Source: a virus (taxonomy: Duplodnaviria > Caudoviricetes). Taken from it: a stretch of 29,662 nucleotides of DNA. The stretch spans positions 1 through 29,662 of IMG/VR virus record IMGVR_UViG_3300046009_005325. One strand, 5' to 3'. Numbering within the stretch: the stretch's first letter is position 1; every line of letters begins with the position of its first letter. The notes under the pieces are model-generated. The model was not told the DNA's origin. It worked only from the letters and a program-made list of their open reading frames with translations, and did no database searches. The position numbers were made by a program, and so were the translations under genes. Positions 25,781 to 29,662 of the stretch are shown one piece after another.

Positions 25781-26095
25781 ATGTCAACAAAGATCGTGAA
25801 AGTTCAGACTGGTGAAGAGTTGATCGCAATGGTAACGGAGAACTTTGAGGGCGACCGCATTGCCTCATATACCCTCAAGAATCCGTGCATGGTTGTGCCT
25901 GTGCCGCAGAAGGGTGGCGGTGCAAGCATTGCAGTAGTGCCGTGGATGGCATCGGTGAAGGATCAGAGCGTCACTGTGCCAGCGTCGTATGTGATGTTCA
26001 CTGCAAATGCAGCAACCGATCTTGCAAATGAGTTCAATTCTGCATTCAGCGGAATTGTTGTGCCGCCAGCAGGACTGAAACTCACCACCGAGTGA
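25781..26095 (+). CDS. Small Sm-like-fold phage protein
   Basis: KIVKVQTGEELIA, LKNP, PW, F..AFSGIVVP pattern common next to gp43 in T4-like phages; GAAAGG SD. Confidence 0.7.
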   Translation: MSTKIVKVQTGEELIAMVTENFEGDRIASYTLKNPCMVVPVPQKGGGASIAVVPWMASVKDQSVTVPASYVMFTANAATDLANEFNSAFSGIVVPPAGLKLTTE

Positions 26096-26337
26096 TGTCA
26101 AAAATCAATAGCCAATATCTGAAAGGTCTTCTTCAAGAAAAGAAAGACCTGCTCCGCGATGAAATGCGGATGATGATCCTTGACAAAGGCTCATCGTTGG
26201 CTATGATTCGTGAGCGTGAGAGTGAGATGGTTCTGATTGACGAGCAGATTAAAGCATTGGAGAAACATTATGAAACTGAAAGACATTTTGAAGGTAGCAG
26301 GCAACAAGTACGGAGCAATCGCATCGGAGGGGCTTGA
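26095..26337 (+). CDS. Hypothetical coiled-coil protein (~80 aa)
   Basis: Coupled to the upstream stop; its tail overlaps the uvsX start. Confidence 0.5.
   Translation: MSKINSQYLKGLLQEKKDLLRDEMRMMILDKGSSLAMIRERESEMVLIDEQIKALEKHYETERHFEGSRQQVRSNRIGGA
26180..26207 (+). promoter_or_regulatory. sigma70-like promoter TTGACA-N16-TATGAT upstream of uvsX
   Basis: TTGACA 26180-26185, TATGAT 26202-26207. Confidence 0.65.
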
Positions 26338-27340
26338 CGGCAGCGACGTAAAGTCATTCATCTCCACAGGATCGTATTCGTTCAATGCGCTCCTCAGCGG
26401 CTCCATCTACGGCGGGATTCCCGACAACAAGATCATTGCGCTTGCAGGTGAGCAAGCCACAGGCAAGACCTACTTTGCCCTGAACGTGGTGCGAGAGTTC
26501 CTCAACTCCAGTCCACAGGCAATGGTGCTGTACTTTGACACTGAGCAGGCAATCACCCTTGATATGCTTCAGTCTCGTGGAGTGGACACGGAGCGGGTAG
26601 CCGTGCTGCCTGTTGCAACCATTGAGGACTTCCGCCAGCAGTGCATTTCCGTGGTGGACAAGTATTTGGAGGAGGACAAGGACACGCGACCACCCATGAT
26701 GATCGTGCTTGACTCCCTTGGAATGCTTTCCACCGAGAAGGAAATATCGGATACCGCAGAGGGCAAGAACGTGCGCGATATGACCCGTGCGCAGGTTGCG
26801 AAGGCAGTGTTCCGTGTCCTCACCATCAAGTTGGGACACGCTCGCATCCCTCTCCTCATGACGAACCACACTTACGATGTGATTGGCGCGTATGTGCCCA
26901 CGAAGGAGATGGGCGGCGGTAGTGGTTTGAAGTATGCCGCATCCACCATCATCTACCTGTCCAAGAAGAAGGACAAGGTGGACGGTGAGGTGGTGGGCAA
27001 CATCATTCACTGCAAGACCTACAAGAGCCGACTCACGAAGCAGGACAAGATGGTGGATGTGCAGTTGAACTTTGAGAGCGGGCTGAACAAGTTCTACGGG
27101 CTGACGGAGATTGCCCTGAAGCACGGCATCTTCAAGAAGGTGTCCACGAAGATTGAATTGCCCAACGGCAAGACGGTGTTTGAGACACAGATCAACCGTG
27201 ATCCTGAGAAGTATTTCACGGAGGATGTGCTGAAGGCAATTGACGCAGCAGCGCGGAAGGAGTTCTGCTACGGTTCAGAGGAGAAGGAGGAGGCAGACGC
27301 GAACAACGACGAATTCAGGAGGACCGATGGAGAGTCCTGA
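26270..27340 (+). CDS. uvsX: RecA-like recombinase UvsX
   Basis: ISTGS..FNALLSG, Walker A GEQATGKT, YFDTE, LDSLGML, DMTRA, MGGGSGLKY; GGAG SD before ATG 26270. Confidence 0.95.
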   Translation: MKLKDILKVAGNKYGAIASEGLDGSDVKSFISTGSYSFNALLSGSIYGGIPDNKIIALAGEQATGKTYFALNVVREFLNSSPQAMVLYFDTEQAITLDMLQSRGVDTERVAVLPVATIEDFRQQCISVVDKYLEEDKDTRPPMMIVLDSLGMLSTEKEISDTAEGKNVRDMTRAQVAKAVFRVLTIKLGHARIPLLMTNHTYDVIGAYVPTKEMGGGSGLKYAASTIIYLSKKKDKVDGEVVGNIIHCKTYKSRLTKQDKMVDVQLNFESGLNKFYGLTEIALKHGIFKKVSTKIELPNGKTVFETQINRDPEKYFTEDVLKAIDAAARKEFCYGSEEKEEADANNDEFRRTDGES

Positions 27341-27545
27341 AGCGTACGAGAATCGCAGTCTGCGCCGTAAGGTTGTGGAACTGATTGCCGAGCGTGATGC
27401 CGCACGAAAGGAGTTGTGCGAGCATCATTTCGGCGGCGAGCCAAGGCTTGAGGATTTGGAACGAGTTGCCCAATCCCGTGGTTGGGGATACCTTTACGCA
27501 CTTGATCGGCTGTCGCGTCTTGATGAGGAGTTGGGTCTAAAGTGA
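27327..27545 (+). CDS. Hypothetical protein (72 aa)
   Basis: Strong AGGAGG SD before ATG 27327; overlaps both neighbours; ERDAARKELC...A..RGW pattern. Confidence 0.65.
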   Translation: MESPEAYENRSLRRKVVELIAERDAARKELCEHHFGGEPRLEDLERVAQSRGWGYLYALDRLSRLDEELGLK

Positions 27546-28954
27546 GTCAGATTGACAAGACAATCATTGGTGGTCTGCTTGGAGACTCCGACTACTGCAA
27601 GCGGGTGATTCCGTTCTTGCAGGAGGAGTATTTCCATGATCGGGTTGATCGTGCGCTGTTCCGTGCGATCAAGGGTTTCGTGGACGAATACAAGGGCATC
27701 CCCACAAAGGAAGCACTTGCAATCTCGCTGGAGAGCAACAGCAACCTCACCGAAGACGAGTTCAAGCGGTGCAAGGATCTGCTGACGGAGGCAGCGCGGA
27801 GTCCCAAGCAGGACACCCAATGGCTTGTTGACACCACAGAGAAGTTCTGCAAAGACAAGGCAATCTACAATGCCATTCTTCAATCCATTCAAATCATTGA
27901 TGGAAAGGACAAGGTTCATACCCCTCATGCTCTTCCCGAAATTCTCTCACAGGCTCTTGCGGTTTCTTTTGATACTAACGTTGGTCATGATTATTTGGAG
28001 GATTATGACAGCCGCTACGAGTTCTACCACCGAGTTGAAAGAAAGATCCCGTTTGATCTAGAGATGTTCAACGTGGTGACAAAGGGCGGCATCACACCCA
28101 AGACCCTCAACATCATCATGGCAGGCACGGGTGTGGGCAAGTCCCTGTTCATGTGCCATCACGCGGCAGCGTGCCTCATGCAGAACAAGAATGTCCTGTA
28201 CATTACCCTTGAGATGTCAGAGGAGCGTATCGCAGAGCGTATTGACGCAAACATCATGGACATCACGATGGACGACTTGGCACTGCTGTCGCGTGAAATG
28301 TACGAGTCCCGCCTGAAGTCCTGCACCCGTGGCGTAAGCGGCAAACTGATCGTGAAGGAGTATCCCACATCCGCAGCGAACGTGGGGCATTTCCGAATCC
28401 TGTTGGACGAGTTGCGGATGAAGAAGCAGTTCACGCCTGACATCATCTTCGTGGACTACATCAACATCTGCTCCTCTGCGCGGTTCAAGAGCGGCAACAA
28501 CATCAACTCCTACGGCTACGTGAAAGCCATTGCAGAGGAGTTGCGCGGCTTGGCAATGGAGCGGGACGTTCCCATCGTGAGCGCAACGCAGGTGAATCGT
28601 GCAGGCTTCTCGTCCACCGATGTTGACCTCACAGACACAAGCGAATCCTTCGGATTGCCGCACACCGCAGACCTGATGATTGCTCTCATCACCACAGAGG
28701 AATTGGAGAAGAGCGGGCAGATCATGGTGAAGCAGTTGAAGAACCGCTACAACAGCAAGGGCGCGAACAAGAAGTTCATCGTGGGGCTGAACTACGCCAA
28801 GATGAAGTTCTACGATATTGACTTGGGGCAGTCCAAGACTCTCACAGACTCAAATATTACGGAGGACGAGGAGAACTCCTTTGGCGCAGGCTACGGCAAG
28901 CGTGACTTCAAGAGCAAGTTCGGCAAGCGCGACACTTCGGACTGGACCATATGA
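27542..28954 (+). CDS. gp41: DnaB-like replicative helicase
   Basis: SFDTNVGHDY, Walker A AGTGVGKS, YITLEM, IVKEYPT, VDYINI, SATQVNR, SESFGLP, QLKNRY. Confidence 0.96.
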   Translation: MSQIDKTIIGGLLGDSDYCKRVIPFLQEEYFHDRVDRALFRAIKGFVDEYKGIPTKEALAISLESNSNLTEDEFKRCKDLLTEAARSPKQDTQWLVDTTEKFCKDKAIYNAILQSIQIIDGKDKVHTPHALPEILSQALAVSFDTNVGHDYLEDYDSRYEFYHRVERKIPFDLEMFNVVTKGGITPKTLNIIMAGTGVGKSLFMCHHAAACLMQNKNVLYITLEMSEERIAERIDANIMDITMDDLALLSREMYESRLKSCTRGVSGKLIVKEYPTSAANVGHFRILLDELRMKKQFTPDIIFVDYINICSSARFKSGNNINSYGYVKAIAEELRGLAMERDVPIVSATQVNRAGFSSTDVDLTDTSESFGLPHTADLMIALITTEELEKSGQIMVKQLKNRYNSKGANKKFIVGLNYAKMKFYDIDLGQSKTLTDSNITEDEENSFGAGYGKRDFKSKFGKRDTSDWTI

Positions 28955-29662
28955 GTGCGTTCATTGACAAGAAATACATCAACATGGCATCGCCCCAATT
29001 GGAGCGATTCAAGTGGAAGAGCATTGATTTGGCAAATTGCCGCTGTCCCCTTTGCGGAGACTCGCAGAAGAACAAGCGAAAGGCACGTGGCTTCTTTTTC
29101 CCCAAGAAGAACGACTACTTCTACAAGTGCCACAACTGTGGCGTGGGGCATTCCCTCTACCGCTTCCTGGAACACGTGGCTCCTGCCCTTGCCCACGAAT
29201 ACGCACTGGAGCGGTGGCGCAACGGGGAGAATGGGAAGAGCAACTACATCAAGCCCCAAGAGACTGCCATCATTCCCAAGGCAGAGATTCGCCTGCCCCG
29301 TGTGGACGCGCTGCCAACGGATCACATCGGACGGCGGTATTTGGAGTCGCGTAAAGTGCCGTGCCTTGACCGCTTCTATTTTTCAGATTCGTTTGGCGAT
29401 TGGGTTCGCAGCATTGACCCTACATACACATCCATACCGAATGACGAGCGTATCGTCATCCCCTTCGTAAACAAAAGGGGAGAACTCCTCGCTGCACAGG
29501 GAAGATGCCTCAGCGGTTCTCCAGGATCCATCCGATACATCACCGTAAAGTTTGCAAAGGACGGCAGGGCAATCTACGGTGAGGATCGCGTGGACTACTC
29601 CAAGAGGGTCTATGCAGTTGAAGGTCCGATTGATTCTGTATTTTTGGATAATGCAGTTGCTC
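28951..29662 (+). CDS. gp61: DNA primase, 3'-truncated by window edge (absent from the ORF track)
   Basis: ATG overlaps the gp41 TGA; RCPLCGDS.KNK.KARG and YKCHNCG zinc finger, RIVIPF, QGR, RYIT, TOPRIM VEGPIDSVFLDNAVA. Confidence 0.95.
   Translation, partial: MSAFIDKKYINMASPQLERFKWKSIDLANCRCPLCGDSQKNKRKARGFFFPKKNDYFYKCHNCGVGHSLYRFLEHVAPALAHEYALERWRNGENGKSNYIKPQETAIIPKAEIRLPRVDALPTDHIGRRYLESRKVPCLDRFYFSDSFGDWVRSIDPTYTSIPNDERIVIPFVNKRGELLAAQGRCLSGSPGSIRYITVKFAKDGRAIYGEDRVDYSKRVYAVEGPIDSVFLDNAVA

Noticed and set aside
28955-29470. 171-aa and 105-aa + strand ORFs listed at the window end
   Set aside because: Out-of-frame overlaps of the real primase gene starting at 28951, which the track missed because it runs off the window.
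1-29662. tRNA, CRISPR array, rRNA or long repeats
   Set aside because: Intergenic gaps are all under ~70 bp and I saw no cloverleaf, repeat-spacer or long repeat pattern.

Overview
Replication/recombination module of a large T4-like (Tevenvirinae/Kyanoviridae-style) myophage. All genes but one are on the + strand. Core order: gp46 (5'-truncated), conserved hypothetical, RNase H, gp45 clamp, [antisense AT-rich GIY-YIG homing endonuclease], gp44, gp62, regA, then a ~17 kb accessory block, then gp43 polymerase, Sm-like protein, uvsX, gp41 helicase and gp61 primase (3'-truncated). The accessory block has two parts. (1) An ~11 kb, 15-gene glycan-biosynthesis island (6266-17382): GT2 and GT-A-like glycosyltransferases, a FkbM methyltransferase, a HAD / nucleotidyltransferase / GDPD-like trio, DUF3431, two SDR sugar enzymes, DUF2061, an RfbH/DdhC-type PMP/[2Fe-2S] 3-dehydrase and a GT2-TPR. 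Its AT-richer centre is nested between genes of backbone-like composition. (2) A late-promoter-led small operon, dUTPase, a DUF1599/Nmad1-like protein, UvsE, an i-type-lysozyme-like muramidase, and a DNA methyltransferase next to a PD-(D/E)xK-like nuclease. The most interesting signals are: a candidate swappable virion-glycosylation cassette making a 3,6-dideoxy sugar; a methyltransferase ending in a sliding-clamp-binding-like tail; a recurrent TTGACA-N16-TAnnnT promoter, some copies apparently leaderless; strong AGCT/TCGA/GGCC avoidance; and a 45-aa peptide carrying the dUTPase motif V core. All family calls come from motif recognition by eye; no database search was run.
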